A DNA stretch of 64,000 nt from the NCBI GenBank assembly GCA_010093815.1, contig ML996569.1; one strand, written 5' to 3'. Source of the stretch: Pseudovirgaria hyperparasitica (lineage: Eukaryota). This document shows, piece by piece, positions 24,922 to 37,165 of this stretch. The notes beneath the pieces were generated by a model that did no database searches, had not been told where the DNA came from, and saw only the letters and a program-made list of their open reading frames with translations. The number at the start of each line of letters is the position of its first letter. The first letter of the stretch is position 1. The translations under genes and the position numbers were made by a program.

Positions 24922-26610
24922 ATGTCGTTAAAGCTGTAAGTTGATACTAGTCAATGAGGAGTATGAGTACCTCAAGCTGACGTAGAATTCAGCGTCGTAA
25001 TCGGCAGTCTTAATGGTCAGTTTCGAGAAGCCTTCAAAAAACTCGCGACGTTGAATGGCAAACATGCATTCGCCTTTGCAATCATCGCTGGCGATCTCTT
25101 CGCACATCCGCAAAGCGAGTCTCCGGAGCAAGCAAAGGATGTGGAAGCGCTGCTAAATGGGCAGATTGATGTTGCGCTTCCAACGTATTTTATGCTTGGC
25201 AAGCATGCTCTTCCCGAGAATGTAACCAAGAAGCTTGATTCTGCATCTGGAGAAGTCTGCGATAACTTGTCTTTCCTAGGGAAGCGAACAACTATCAAAA
25301 CTTCCGAAGGCATTCGACTCGTTGCTTTAGGCGGTGTTCTTGATCCTCATGTCACCACAGGCGTGTCCAAAGACAATTATCTTCCATTCTACTCGGAAGG
25401 CGACGCCAAAGTATTGCGAGGAGCTAATCATGCCGACATCTTAATTACTACACAGTGGCCGTCAAACATCAAGAGTGGATCAGGAGTCGAATTGGATCCA
25501 CAACTGGAACCTGCTTCTTATCAGTGCATTGCCGAATTGGATGTAGCTTTGAAACCCAAGTATCACTTTTCTACGTCCGGGGAAAGTTTTTTCGAGCGTG
25601 AGCCTTTTCTGCATACCTCAGATAGTTCAACAGAGGGACCTTCTGTGACGAGATTTATCAGCTTAGCTTCTTTTAACAATTCTAAAAAAGCTAAATGGAT
25701 ATACGCATTCTCCCTTGATCCCTCAGCTTCTTCGCCCGCCGCCTTGCCTACCGACATTACTGCATCTCCCCTGGCTACCCAAAGTAAGAAAAGGACCAAG
25801 CCAACGCAGGGCTCTTCCTATCGATTTTCTGACGACAGAGGTCATCGTCAACCCAACAAACGCCAAAAAGCCCCTCCACCTGGCCCCTCCGAATGTTTCT
25901 TCTGTTTATCCAACCCAAACGTCGCATCTCATCTCATCACATCCATAGGAAACGAATGTTATATGACTACGGCAAAAGGTCCTCTCAGCACCTCAGACAC
26001 TTTCGAGGACCTAGAGTTTCCCTCGCATATGCTTATCATTCCTCTTACGCATGCGCCAACTCTAGCATTTATCGAGCCTGAAGAAACTAGGGAGCTCGTA
26101 TTCCAGGAAATGCAACGATATCGCAAGTCTTTGAACACCATGCTCATGAGACGTACCGCCGGCAAATTAGGCTCTATAGCCTGGGAGGTAAGCAGATCTG
26201 GTGGGATCCATACTCACTGGCAGTACCTTCCTCTTCCCTTAGATCTCGTCCAGAGGAAATTGGTTGAAGTTGCCTTTGAAGTGCAGGCAGAGAACGAGAA
26301 TTACCCTTCGATCAAGAAGAAGGATATTGGCAATGGTTCCATTGAGCCAACAGATTTCTTTCGAGCGATTATCTGGGAACCAAGTGGGAGTCAACAAAAT
26401 GGAGAAGGAAAGGATACATCTCTCTTTCTACCCCTAGATGCTTCGTTCCGCTTCGACCTTCAATTTGGTCGAAGAGTCCTTGCGAAGCTATTAGACCTTG
26501 AGAAACGTGTGCAATGGCAGGAATGTGGTCAAAGTGAGATCGAAGAGAAAGCTGATGCAGATGCTTTTAAGAAGGCTTTCAAAGATTTCGACTTTTCGCT
26601 TGATGATTGA
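24922..26610 (+). CDS. DRN1: CwfJ-domain protein (CWF19L1 / Drn1 family, lariat debranching cofactor)
   Basis: Short exon MSLK, intron 24936-24992, then LVVIGSLNG. Metallophosphoesterase-like N-terminus (ADILITTQWP, KPKYHFS, FFEREPF). CwfJ C-terminus CFFCLSNP, YMTTAKGPL, HMLIIPLTH, HTHWQ, FDLQFGRRVLA, FKDFDFS. Confidence 0.9.
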
Positions 26611-26866
26611 ATGGGCTGAACAGCATTTGAAGGCCTTTACGATGCACTTTCACTGAACATGCCGAGCATGCAACTACAGAGATATCCAAGTATACGGAGA
26701 GCAAAGCTACGTGAAGAGCCATCAGCGTGGTCATACACGTGCATTGTGACAACGCCTCAGCTGTGGCCACGTACCCACAAGGCGTTTATAAGGTGTCAAC
26801 GCAGTGGCTACGACTTGCTTCGACCTTCAAACCCAGAGAGAATTACAGCAACATTGAGAATATATC

Positions 26867-28168
26867 ATGTGTTTCTCGACAATTTCCTGCTTCTCGTGCG
26901 GGCACCAACTGCGAGATACTACTCTGAAGTCGTGTGACCATCGCACACCAGGGCGGTGCAAGATTTCAGACGTCGTTGTCTCTTACAGTATCGAGTGCAG
27001 TTTTCGTTGTTCTCAGAATCCGAGGAGAAACTCCCGTGAAAAACATGATACAGCGCAACTGTTGACTAAACTCTATAACAGCTCACTCTTAACTAAATCT
27101 ACTGAAACATCAAAAACGAAGGTTGGACACGTTTCACAAGATGTTACATGCGACCAAAATTTGGCCTGGATAAGCTTAATGAATGAAGCTGATAGAGCTC
27201 AAGCGTCCGTCAGGGCCATGCGGAAAACCATCAGTTATATGCAGCAGAACCCATGTGCCACACAGCAATGCCGGGCTACAGACACAAACCTGTTCACGAA
27301 GCAGGCTCCGGAACCATCTATCCGGAAAGTATCCCGATTCAAGCCCTGCGAAAGCAACTTCAGGCCTGACGACCAGTATGAAGCAGATGATGACCCTAAG
27401 TCGGATCGACCACGTAGCGCCAACGTCTCAAGTCGCTCTCCCAGTAAAGGCTCGCCCGTGCAGGACTTGCAAAGCTCTTTGGAAGTTGCATCCAAGTCAC
27501 CGAAATCAAGGCGGCAACGGGCGCTGGCAGCAGGCCACCCAGATACTCCAGACAACCGTTCATGTGCCAGTAGTCCGAGTACATTCCATGGCAATACTTG
27601 GAGACGCTATATTGAGAATGATATCAATCAATCAAATTTGACAAAAGAAGGCACCACAATGCATAAGGACTCCAAACCAATCAACAAATCAGTTCACAAG
27701 GACAGCAGTATTCGTCTGGATCGGTGCCATGGCATGAGCTGCCGTTGCTTGGATTGCCAGTACCACCCACCAGCTCAGTCAGGTATGCTCGTCGAGCGGT
27801 CGCGAGACGGCACTCTATATACGAATGGTGTAAAGCAACACATCTCAGCATCCATGACAGAAACCAAGGCCCAACCTTCAAAGGTCCAGCGTAACACTAT
27901 CGCACAACATGCGCGGTTGCAGACTTACCAGAGTGGTCAGCCTTTGTTCTACAAAGAGCCTCTTAGCACCTCCGTTCCTTCAACAGGTTGTGATTCAAAT
28001 GTGCCGTTCACAATGGCTACGAAGGAGGCTCTCGAAATCCCCCGGAAGAAGTTGCGACTGGAAGGACGAAAGGCGAGGGGATACTTTGAGGGATACCTCG
28101 ATGAGGTGGCAGGAACCACGGAAACGAAAGAAGCATATCCATCCATCTTGGAACCAGCCGGATGCTAA
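26867..28168 (+). CDS. Hypothetical 433-aa protein, Cys-rich N-terminus, largely low-complexity
   Basis: Long intronless ORF filling the gap between two genes; N-terminal MC-x5-CFSCGH..C..C..C..C; no family recognised. Confidence 0.65.
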   Translation: MCFSTISCFSCGHQLRDTTLKSCDHRTPGRCKISDVVVSYSIECSFRCSQNPRRNSREKHDTAQLLTKLYNSSLLTKSTETSKTKVGHVSQDVTCDQNLAWISLMNEADRAQASVRAMRKTISYMQQNPCATQQCRATDTNLFTKQAPEPSIRKVSRFKPCESNFRPDDQYEADDDPKSDRPRSANVSSRSPSKGSPVQDLQSSLEVASKSPKSRRQRALAAGHPDTPDNRSCASSPSTFHGNTWRRYIENDINQSNLTKEGTTMHKDSKPINKSVHKDSSIRLDRCHGMSCRCLDCQYHPPAQSGMLVERSRDGTLYTNGVKQHISASMTETKAQPSKVQRNTIAQHARLQTYQSGQPLFYKEPLSTSVPSTGCDSNVPFTMATKEALEIPRKKLRLEGRKARGYFEGYLDEVAGTTETKEAYPSILEPAGC

Positions 28169-28264
28169 AGGCCTGGTGCTTTACCGCAAAGAATTCACAC
28201 GGCATGTACTATCCACAAGGAGTTCTTGCAGGCGGTATGCGTAAAGTAGGGTATCTCATAGGAT

Positions 28265-29464
28265 CTATAACGTGAATTTCTCTAGCTGGTCAACGTGCCC
28301 GTTCGTCTGAGCTTTACTCTTTGTCGCAACCGCCAGATCTACCAGGCCCTCCTTCGGCGGTGAAAATTGCCTTAGCTTCACTCCTGCTTCCCCCAGTATT
28401 CGCTCCGCAGACCGATCCAAACTGTACTGCTGACTGTATATGACCTCGCTGATACCCACCTGCGCGATCTTCACCGAACACGTCAGGCACGGGCAAGTAT
28501 TACAGTACAAGATAGAACCATCTCTGATACGCTCTCTACCGGCTTCCAGTAGCGCATTTTCCTCGGCGTGTAAACATAGACAAGTGTCAAGGCCAGCTCC
28601 GGCTCTAGCGGCCGTGTTACAGCGAGGGCCTGGCATACTATGTCAGCAATGTTCAGATGAAAGCAGTGAGGTATGCCTACATCCACCGTGGTTACAGTTC
28701 TTCATGCCCCTGGGCGTGCCATTGTACCCCGTACTGATGACTCGCCGCTCTTTACCGACCAGCACGGCGCCCACTCTCCTTTTCATGCAATTACTTCTCT
28801 GCGCCGCAAGATCCGATAATTGCATAAAATAGACGTCCCAGCTAGGCCTTAATCGCTCCTCGTTGGTCAAATCTAAATCGTCGAGACTAGAATATAGCGC
28901 CTCGAGTGAAGTGCTAGTATTAAGAAGACGAATACTGGCGCGGTTTAGAAGATATGCAAGACCAGCCTCATGACTATATATATGCACATCGTTCCTTAGT
29001 ACAAATTCTGTCAAATCAGGCGGCGTAAGCGAGTGTCTCTCGCAGCGGACGCGGAAACGTTCCCAGCGAGTTGTGATGGGTGCGTCAACGCTGAGCAGGA
29101 TGAATGCTGGGCGGCGGTCGTAAACGTCGAGTACTGACTCATCCCATATGTCTGTTGTCACCCAGCGCTGTTGCCAACTTGCCGTCACATGAGCAAGGAG
29201 GTCGTCGGCAGTGTGAAACTTGGACTTGGAAGATGTAGTTTCGTCAGGAGCTGGCACGTGAGCATCTGACGCTGATCGTTCTACTGGGGGTGTTGGTGCG
29301 TTCCTCGAGAGATAGAGACGTGTAAAGCCGTGTTCTCGGACTAAGTATTTGGCTATTGTATCTTTGCCAGCGCATATCCCTGATTCCATATTAGAGGATG
29401 GTTGACTATGAATATATAACGAGAGAGTTTCAAGATAGGTACCTCCGCAAATCCCAATGAACAT
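28265..29464 (-). CDS. DCD1: dCMP deaminase with N-terminal P-loop-like region
   Basis: MFIGICG/GICAGKDT, RPSWDVYFMQL, RSNCMKRRVGAVLV, STGYNGTPRG, CLHAEENALLE and CPCLTC zinc motifs; two introns. Confidence 0.95.
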
Positions 29465-29600
29465 GACTGGCTTAATCACACGGAACAACCAAGAGAAGTG
29501 AAGAACTCTGGATGGCAAGAAATGCTCTGCGGCCTTATATGTATTGCGCAGCTAGTCCGTATGCCTGGAGAATAATTCACTTCAGTCCTGACGATAGACA

Positions 29601-29718
29601 ACGCGTCGCGCTTTGAGGAGATACCTCCCTGGGCAACGCGCGACTAATAATTAATACAGGCAGCTGCCCAGCCCAGGTGGACCCTGGGACTCGGCGTGGT
29701 TCAGGGACCAATGCGCGT
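29601..29718. promoter_or_regulatory. Cluster of MCB-like (ACGCG) elements upstream of dCMP deaminase
   Basis: ACGCGT at 29601, ACGCGCGA at 29636 and GCGCGT at 29713, 140-250 nt upstream of the DCD1 ATG. Confidence 0.5.
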
Positions 29719-29969
29719 AACTTAAAGAACTAATTAAGCTCCGGCTTCCCCGCCACCGACCGTGTCCCAGATCGCCATGACGCCTCAACTGAGACAGGAC
29801 CCCTCCAACACCTCGATCATTCATTCACTCGTGCTCGTCCGCCTGAGAGCTCTCTAGGCTTAGGTACAGGCTCACGCGCCGGTATAGTGGTCAAATCCAC
29901 TCCAGATTCCCATTATCCTTAACAAACTGCCCTCCTACACCTCACATCAACTACATAATCTATCTGACC

Positions 29970-32296
29970 ATGACGGAATACAAGCTTCAATATGCTCCGT
30001 GGACCTCCGATATTGAGCTCGCTTTCTACGCGGCTCTAGCAAGTCTCAAAATCAACCATGACAAACTCGACGACTCTGCTCGTAAGGTCCTTGGTCTCTA
30101 CGAAATAAGACCCAGCGATGCGCCAAGTCGATCAGCTCGTATGCAGCTTCACGGTTCCGCACTTACAACCGACGAGTGCGTTCGTTGAAATGGTTGCATC
30201 TATAACATGATTGCTAACAACTCTATCTAGGACTACGTCAGGCTATCTACGCGCCGAAGGTACTATCAAGAATGTCAATACGATCGAAGAGTTTAGAAAC
30301 TTGGAGAGGCGGGCTATAGTAGAGCGCGCGGGGCGTATGGTATGATCCCTGCATCTTTCAAGTGGATACTGCTCATATCTGAACATAGATCTGGGACGCG
30401 ATATGCGATGGAACTATATATTCTTGCCCGTCCCTTTTAGCCTCGTTCACCGCCATATCGTTCGCCGACTTGAAGAAATACAAGTTCACCTACCACTTCG
30501 CCTTCCCTGCTCTTGCGACAGATAACTTATGGACCATGAGCACAGCACCCGGTTCCGGCCACACCAAGCTGGGGCATAAAGAGACCACTGGGCTGGTGGA
30601 TGCTGTACAGACCTGGAAGTACGGGGTTGACAGTAGACAACATGGCTTCTTCCTCGCGAAGAGACTTCGTCACAGAACCCCTGAAGGCGAAGATCGACCA
30701 GAGACTCCAAAGACGCCAATGACGGAAGAACTTGGATTCTCCTGGGCAGTAGGGTCACTCTCAAGCTACGAGAACGACTTTTTCAGAGACGTGCAGTCTG
30801 AAGACCAGTTTGTCTGCTTTGCAGACCCATCGACTTACCCCGACGTTCCTGCATGGATGCTCCGGAATCTCTTAGTCCTTATTAAGTACAAGTGGCAGCT
30901 CAAAATGGTACAGATCATGTGCTACAGAGACACCCATTTAAGGCGCGATACGGCAAACAGCATCATACTCACATTATCTACATCCTCTACGGCAACAATG
31001 GAAGACTTCAAACCAACGAGTCAAAGTAGAACTTCGCTCATGCCCAAGGTCATCGGCTGGGAGAGAAATGCGGATGGCAAGATGGTCAGTCGCCTTGTCG
31101 ATCTGGCTGCATACATGGACCCCCAAAAGCTTGCAGATCAGGCTGTAGACTTGAATCTCAAACTCATCAAGTGGCGAATCGCACCCTCGTTAGATCTTGA
31201 TATAATAAAGAATACGAAATGCCTTCTTCTCGGGGCGGGGACACTTGGCTCATATGTTTCGCGGAATCTCATGGGCTGGGGGGTCCGGAAAATAACATTC
31301 GTAGACAATGCCACCGTCAGCTTCTCGAACCCTGTCCGTCAGCCCCTCTTTGATTTCAAGGATTGCCTTGAAGGTGGTGCGAAGAAGGCATGGCGCGCAT
31401 CGGAAGTGTTACAGGAGATATACCCAGGTGTCGACTCCGAAGGACATGTCATGACTGTGCCAATGGCTGGACATCCAATAACGGATGAGAATAAGACAAA
31501 GGCCGATTACGAGACCCTGAGCTCGCTCATGGATGAGCATGATGCCATTTTCCTACTCATGGACACCAGAGAAAGCAGATGGCTACCCACAGTAATGGCA
31601 AAAGCAAAAGGTAAGATTGTCATGAATGCTGCACTTGGATTCGACACCTTTGTAGTGATGCGGCAAGGCCTGCCTGCAAATGGTCCAAACGAAGAAGAGC
31701 TTGGGTGCTACTTTTGTAATGACGTCGTTGCGCCTGCCGATGTAAGATTTTCTTACCCCTTATACCAGGCCCAGATTTAAGTGCAAGTGCTGACACTCTT
31801 CAAGTCCCTAAAAGATGCCACTCTAGATCAACAATGTACTGTTACTAGACCTGGGATAGCTCCAATGGCGTCTGCTCTTCTTGTCGAGCTCCTTGTTTCG
31901 ATCCTTCAGCATCCGCTTCAAGCTCGTGCGCCAGCAGACTCCAGCGCATCATCTGGCGCAGCCCAGGTCCAGAATTCAAGTACAGCGGCATCGAGAACAC
32001 TTTTCAACCATCCACTCGGGCTGATTCCGCACACCATCCGTGGCTACCTCTCCACGTTCTCACATCTTGTTATCAAAGGCAAACCATATGACTGCTGCAG
32101 TGCATGTTCGCCCAAAATTCTGGATTTGTACAAGAAGGACGGGTGGGATTTCGTGAAGAGGGCCATCAACGAAAAAGGATGGGTGGAGGAAATCAGTGGC
32201 TTGGCTGAGGTGCAGCGTAAAGCGGAGGAAGCCGAAAAGGAGATGGATTTTGAGTTCTCCGATGCCGAAGATGACGGTGAAGGGGAACTCATCTAG
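29970..32296 (+). CDS. ATG7: Autophagy E1-like enzyme Atg7
   Basis: [88 protein letters not shown] and catalytic [12 protein letters not shown]; three introns. Confidence 0.97.
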
Positions 32297-32927
32297 GGTA
32301 AAGGATAGAAAGCTGGCGTTGCATTGTAGCGAAGGTTATAAGCATTTACTGGCGTTTGGGGGCATAGAAAGACCGGACTTTTGGTATATGGTGCAAGGGG
32401 AGGGGGGGCGACCAGAGGGCATAGCCATAGTTTTGCAAATAATCTGCGGAAGACGTATACAGGCAACTCGTATAGTAGATCGATCAATAGTGATTGAAAG
32501 ACTCCTTGTAATGCTTAAGCTTTCTGCGATGTCAAGGCCTGGACTCAGAGTGACCTATCGACTTGCGGTGAATGAATAGTATTGTTTATGCACGTGCACA
32601 TCCATGGATCAGCACGGCTCAACCCGCCAACACAAGCGCAAGCGCCGCCTGCCTCAGGCTGCTAACACCACATCAACAGCACCCGACACGGCTGCTGCTG
32701 GAGCTCGTCACTGTCTGCATCGTCACCTTACGACGCGCTGGGCTGCAGAGCTCAAATCCCTCCCTTCCTGCGTCTCCCTCTCCTCTCCACCTGAGCTTGC
32801 GCCTTACCTCCAGTTTCTTGTCGCTCCTTTGCCTTGATTACATGCGTGTCCGTCAACAGATCTGAGGCGCGCGCGTTTGCGTATCTGAAAAGTATACTCT
32901 CTTTTCGATCCTGTTCAACTGCAGACC

Positions 32928-33813
32928 ATGGCAGAAAACAAGAGAAACTCGGTATCTGGGAAACTTGCTTCACCAAAGCCAGGTGGGGCGCAGAAGGACT
33001 TGGCCGATATGGGCGACGTCCTCTACAAAGCTGTCGGAGCGCGGTACGTACCAGTCTCTGGAATAGCAAGACCTAATAATTGGACACGACTCTCGATGCA
33101 TTGTCAGATTGCCGGGAATATCAAACTATCACTGACCGCATGGGCAAAACAGAGTCAAAGTCTCGGTGGCGCCACATAATACCGCCTACGAGGGTACAAT
33201 CTTTGCAGTCTCCCCTGAGACGAACCTGCTCGCCATCAATACAGCGCCACCTCCACCGAACCCAAGCACCTCTGCGTTCTCTCAGCCCGGCAACTTTCAT
33301 GTCATACCTATATGCCACCTCCTTTCGTTCACTGTCCTCAGTCCAGCCGAGCGCACCGAAGGCGCTGTAGATGGATTCGCAGGTGTACAGCCCCCAATCG
33401 ACAAACTGGACACTGCTGCGTTGAGCCAGCGCGAAGAGGCAGCTGTTAGGAAATTGAAGGAGAAGGAGGCCACGAAGAATAGAGCCGTTAGCAAAGAAGG
33501 CCAAGACATCTTCGACTCTATAGCCAGGACGTACGTGTTACATTTTCTTGAATGATACAATGCTCTGAGTCACTAATACACTTTCAGTCTCCCTTGCCGC
33601 TGGCATGAAGCCTCAATCATCGTCAACGATGCAGTCATGATCAAGCCTCCATATCGGGTCGAGGACTGTCAGGCACCCAAGGACAAGGATAGGAGTCTGG
33701 CGCAGGTGAAGAAGATATTGGAAGGCTTCCTTGCGCGGAAGGGGAGGTCAGCCACCACGAATAACGTTAGACCTGCGGTTGCGACCGCAATACCTCTTCG
33801 CAAGGGTGGATGA
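32928..33813 (+). CDS. LSM12: Lsm12-like protein (Sm-like N-terminal domain plus anticodon-binding-like domain)
   Basis: AVGAR/VKVSVAPHNTAYEGTIFAVSPETNLLAI..FHVIPI, VSKEGQDIFDSIART/LPCRWHEASIIVNDAVMIKPPYRVEDC; introns 33044-33152 and ~33530-33587; stop at 33811-33813. Confidence 0.82.
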
Positions 33814-34817
33814 GATTGTCCGTCGCTGCGAGCGACGACCTGATTCCGCTAGGTGTACACTCCTATGGACCAGACAGAAGGCCTGGCAGCAATTGGATCA
33901 GTCTTTTGGGTTGGCATACTAGCATTCACGCGTGGGGAAGATGCACATATGTTGTCTCGGGAAGCAAGGGAGTCTGATATGACTACAGAAGAGCGTGTTG
34001 CTGACCATGTAGCTGAGGTCGAGTATGCGGCGGCCATATGCCTCAGCACCATAGACTCCGATCCACCGCCTTCAGCTAGTTGCGGGTCTCTACAATCTGT
34101 CGGCCGCGCAATCAAATGGCCATTCAACTTTTGCTAGATCACTGGTGATTTCTGAAACGTGCTACAGTGCGACTTGGCCCTAACTGTCTGGCGCTTCACG
34201 CCGCGAACGTACGAAGCTAGTGGCTGGCCAACTTGACAGGAGCTATTTTGGTGTTCAGTGTCGACTGGAACGATTCTTGTTTTCAGTATTGACTGGTCGC
34301 AGGCATATGAATGGCGCAGAGCAGCGTTGCGCTGATACTCGTTTCAGCATGTGGCCAATCGGAATCCTTAGCGACGCGATCTCGACGCGCTTCTGGAAAT
34401 GTAGCGCCGGCACGAAAGGCGAGCTTCAGCCTTCACAACACTTCGTCTACACGAATGAACTCTGCATAGCCACTATTAGGGCCGGTAAGGAGAGCATTGA
34501 TAATTTACGAGAGGTCCTTTGAACATTATGCGATACCCAATGAGGCACACCCTTCTATATTTGCATCAAACGGGGGCTACAGAGCTTCAATATCATGGTG
34601 CCTCGCTCAGCATTCCAGGCGGCGTGTTTCCAGCAAGTACTATATTCTTTGCCTCTTTGTCTGGTTATTGCACTCTTCCCTCGATGATCATTTCTCATAT
34701 TCTGTTATCTCTCAGCACGCAGCTTTCTTGACTGCTCTTCATTGCTGTTGTGTTTGTCGGTCACGTCTTTGGCCTGGTTTCTTCTCTCCTCCATCCAGAT
34801 TTGTCTCATTTGACCAG

Positions 34818-35952
34818 ATGAATGTCTTTCACTTTTGCATATCGCTGCTGGCAGCTTTTACCTTAGGAATTGCTGCTCCATTACCTGGACCAGAGCAGCA
34901 TGTCCAGTACGTATTGTCGCATACAATGATGGAACCATATACTGAATCTCAGCAGGATACGTCAAGGACAAGGCGATCCCATCGTCATCATTCCTCTCAT
35001 CAGCACAGTCATTACAAGTGTTATTCCTGGTGGCACCTTTGACACTCCAGGCGGCGGCAAGACAGTAGTGCAAGACCCAGTGACTGTTCTGATCACCACG
35101 AGGATACCATTCACGCCGTCTGCTGCACCTCCACCGGCCGTAGCGCCAACATCAGCAGCAGCACAAAGACCTTCAAGCGTCGCGCAAAGCTCCATGGCAG
35201 TTCCATCTAGCTCATTGCCATCTCCAAGTAGCCTTGTGTCCAGTGCCGCCTCAAGCGCTGCCGTCGCAGTCAGCAGCATTCCCCAAACTCCCCAACCAAA
35301 ACCCACGCCCACGCCTACTCCATCCTCAAACGCCCTCACGCCCATCGGCACAATCTTCGTACACGAAACAGAGTTCGTCACCGTCCCGGCGTCAACTCCC
35401 AGTCCCTTGTCCTCCGCCGTCTCGAAAGGCGCATCCGATCTCGCGCTGTCGTCAAAAATCATCCTCGTCACTGAGGTCACAACTGTCCAAGTCACGAATC
35501 CCGGCCCAACACCTCCTTCTTCAAACATCAAAACTCCAGATCTCGCGCCCACGCCATCTCCACCCTCCTCCTCCTCTCCCAACGAGCAGCTCCTCGCCCC
35601 ACCACCCCCATTCACCTACGTCCCAGCCGGAACCCCGGACGCGCCCTCACCAGCATCAAGCATCCCCCAAACGCCCCTTCAGAGCTCCACAGCGAAAGCG
35701 ACACCATCACCAGCATCAAGCATCCTCCAACCCCCCGTTCCAAGCTCCGCAGCGCCACCACCGCAACCACCACCACCAACACCACCGCAACCACCACCAC
35801 CAACACCACCCATCCAATCCCCAACGAAACCCCCCTCCGCCCCACCCGTAATCCTCACCCCCAAACCAGACTTAAGCGTGGTATACGTCACCGTCACCGA
35901 GCCGGCAAAGACCGTCACTGAGACCATCATTATCGTGCAGGCTCCCGGGTGA
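34818..35952 (+). CDS. Secreted Pro/Ser/Thr-rich (mucin/extensin-like) protein
   Basis: Signal-peptide-like MNVFHFCISLLAAFTLGIAAP. Intron 34907-34952 or 34955 (CAGCAG tandem acceptor) joins it in frame to the 294-aa P/S/T-rich ORF with repeated V-T-V-T blocks. Confidence 0.78.
35641..35811 (+). repeat. Coding tandem repeats: 60-bp imperfect duplication followed by a 24-bp Pro-rich repeat
   Basis: PSPASSIPQTPLQSSTAKAT / PSPASSILQPPVPSSAAPPP, then PPQPPPPT twice. Confidence 0.8.
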
Positions 35953-36299
35953 TCACACGCGCAGGTTTGTCCTGGCTTGTCTCATGGTGGCTTGGGGGTT
36001 TGAGCGGGCGCAGGGAGGGAGAGAGGGAGGGAGGGAGGGAAGGGAAGGGAACGCCGTGGGTGAGTAGGGCGTGGTGGGATGGGCGGAATAGATCTAATCA
36101 TTGTCTTTTCTTTGTCCTTCTTCTTCTTCTTCTTTTCTGTTCTTCTTCGTAGAGGTGGGTGTAGATGTGGCTGTGGCTGTGGATGTAGGGATAAATAGGG
36201 CTGCACGGGAGTAGGGATCCGGATGGATGTAGGGACGCGGCGCACGGAGTCTTAAAGCAAGGTAGCAACGCAACGCAAAGCAAGGCACAAGCATACCCA

Positions 36300-36481
36300 A
36301 AAACCTTTTTTTATAGTAATATGTAATTATTACATTTCGGAAAAAAAAAATTCAAAAATTAGAAAAAAAAAAAATTCCCAAAATATTAAATTTTGAAGGG
36401 AGGAGCGATTGCCAAACATAATAACACCCTAGAAATATAACATCTGGGGGAAGAATGGATTGATAATACGGTTTTTTTTTT
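36300..36481. repeat. AT-rich low-complexity segment with several poly(A)/poly(T) runs
   Basis: T7, A10, A12 and T10 runs within ~180 nt; CTT repeats nearby at ~36117-36148. Confidence 0.8.
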
Positions 36482-37165
36482 CGGGAGGTGGTTTTCCCGA
36501 ATAGACTGCTACATCTTCAAGTCAGCCAAGTCCAGATTAGTGGCCTTATCTTCCACCACGTTCTTTACCTGTTGTTAATCTGGAATGTGTTGTTTCAAAT
36601 AAAGGAACAGTCGTTCTTGAAGCCTTGCTATGTCTGTGCTCTACTTGGCTTTGCTCTGTTTTCGTTTCAAGGGTCTTGTTTCGGCGTCAAGGGACGGGGG
36701 GGGCATTTCTGGAATGTGCATATTTGTGAGAGATGTTGGAATGGTGCTTGGTCTTGGACTTGGGATTGGGATTGTGGCTCAAGGACGTCTGTGGAACTTC
36801 TAGATGAGGTTGTAGAATTTAGTTGGACATGAAGGGGGATGTAGAGCGGTAAGCTTTGTTTGGAGGGTGGGACTGTTGTACCTAAGGAGCTATGTGAGAA
36901 TGAGCTAAATCTGTGCGTGACATGTCAATATGACACTAGTCAATCAATCCGATGATCGACACCCGGAGGTAACTCAGCAATGGGTGTTGGGGTCACAGCA
37001 AACACAGCTAGTGGTGAACGAGTCGCCTGGCAAGAAAGCTATGGTATTGTCACTTCTATATTCTCAGCAAAACCTGCTCTCTGCCCAAAACGCTTCTGCA
37101 TACCAACCATTTGCTCGATACTCTGACTCCCATTCATAGCATAGATCGGTTTGAAATCTTGCTTT

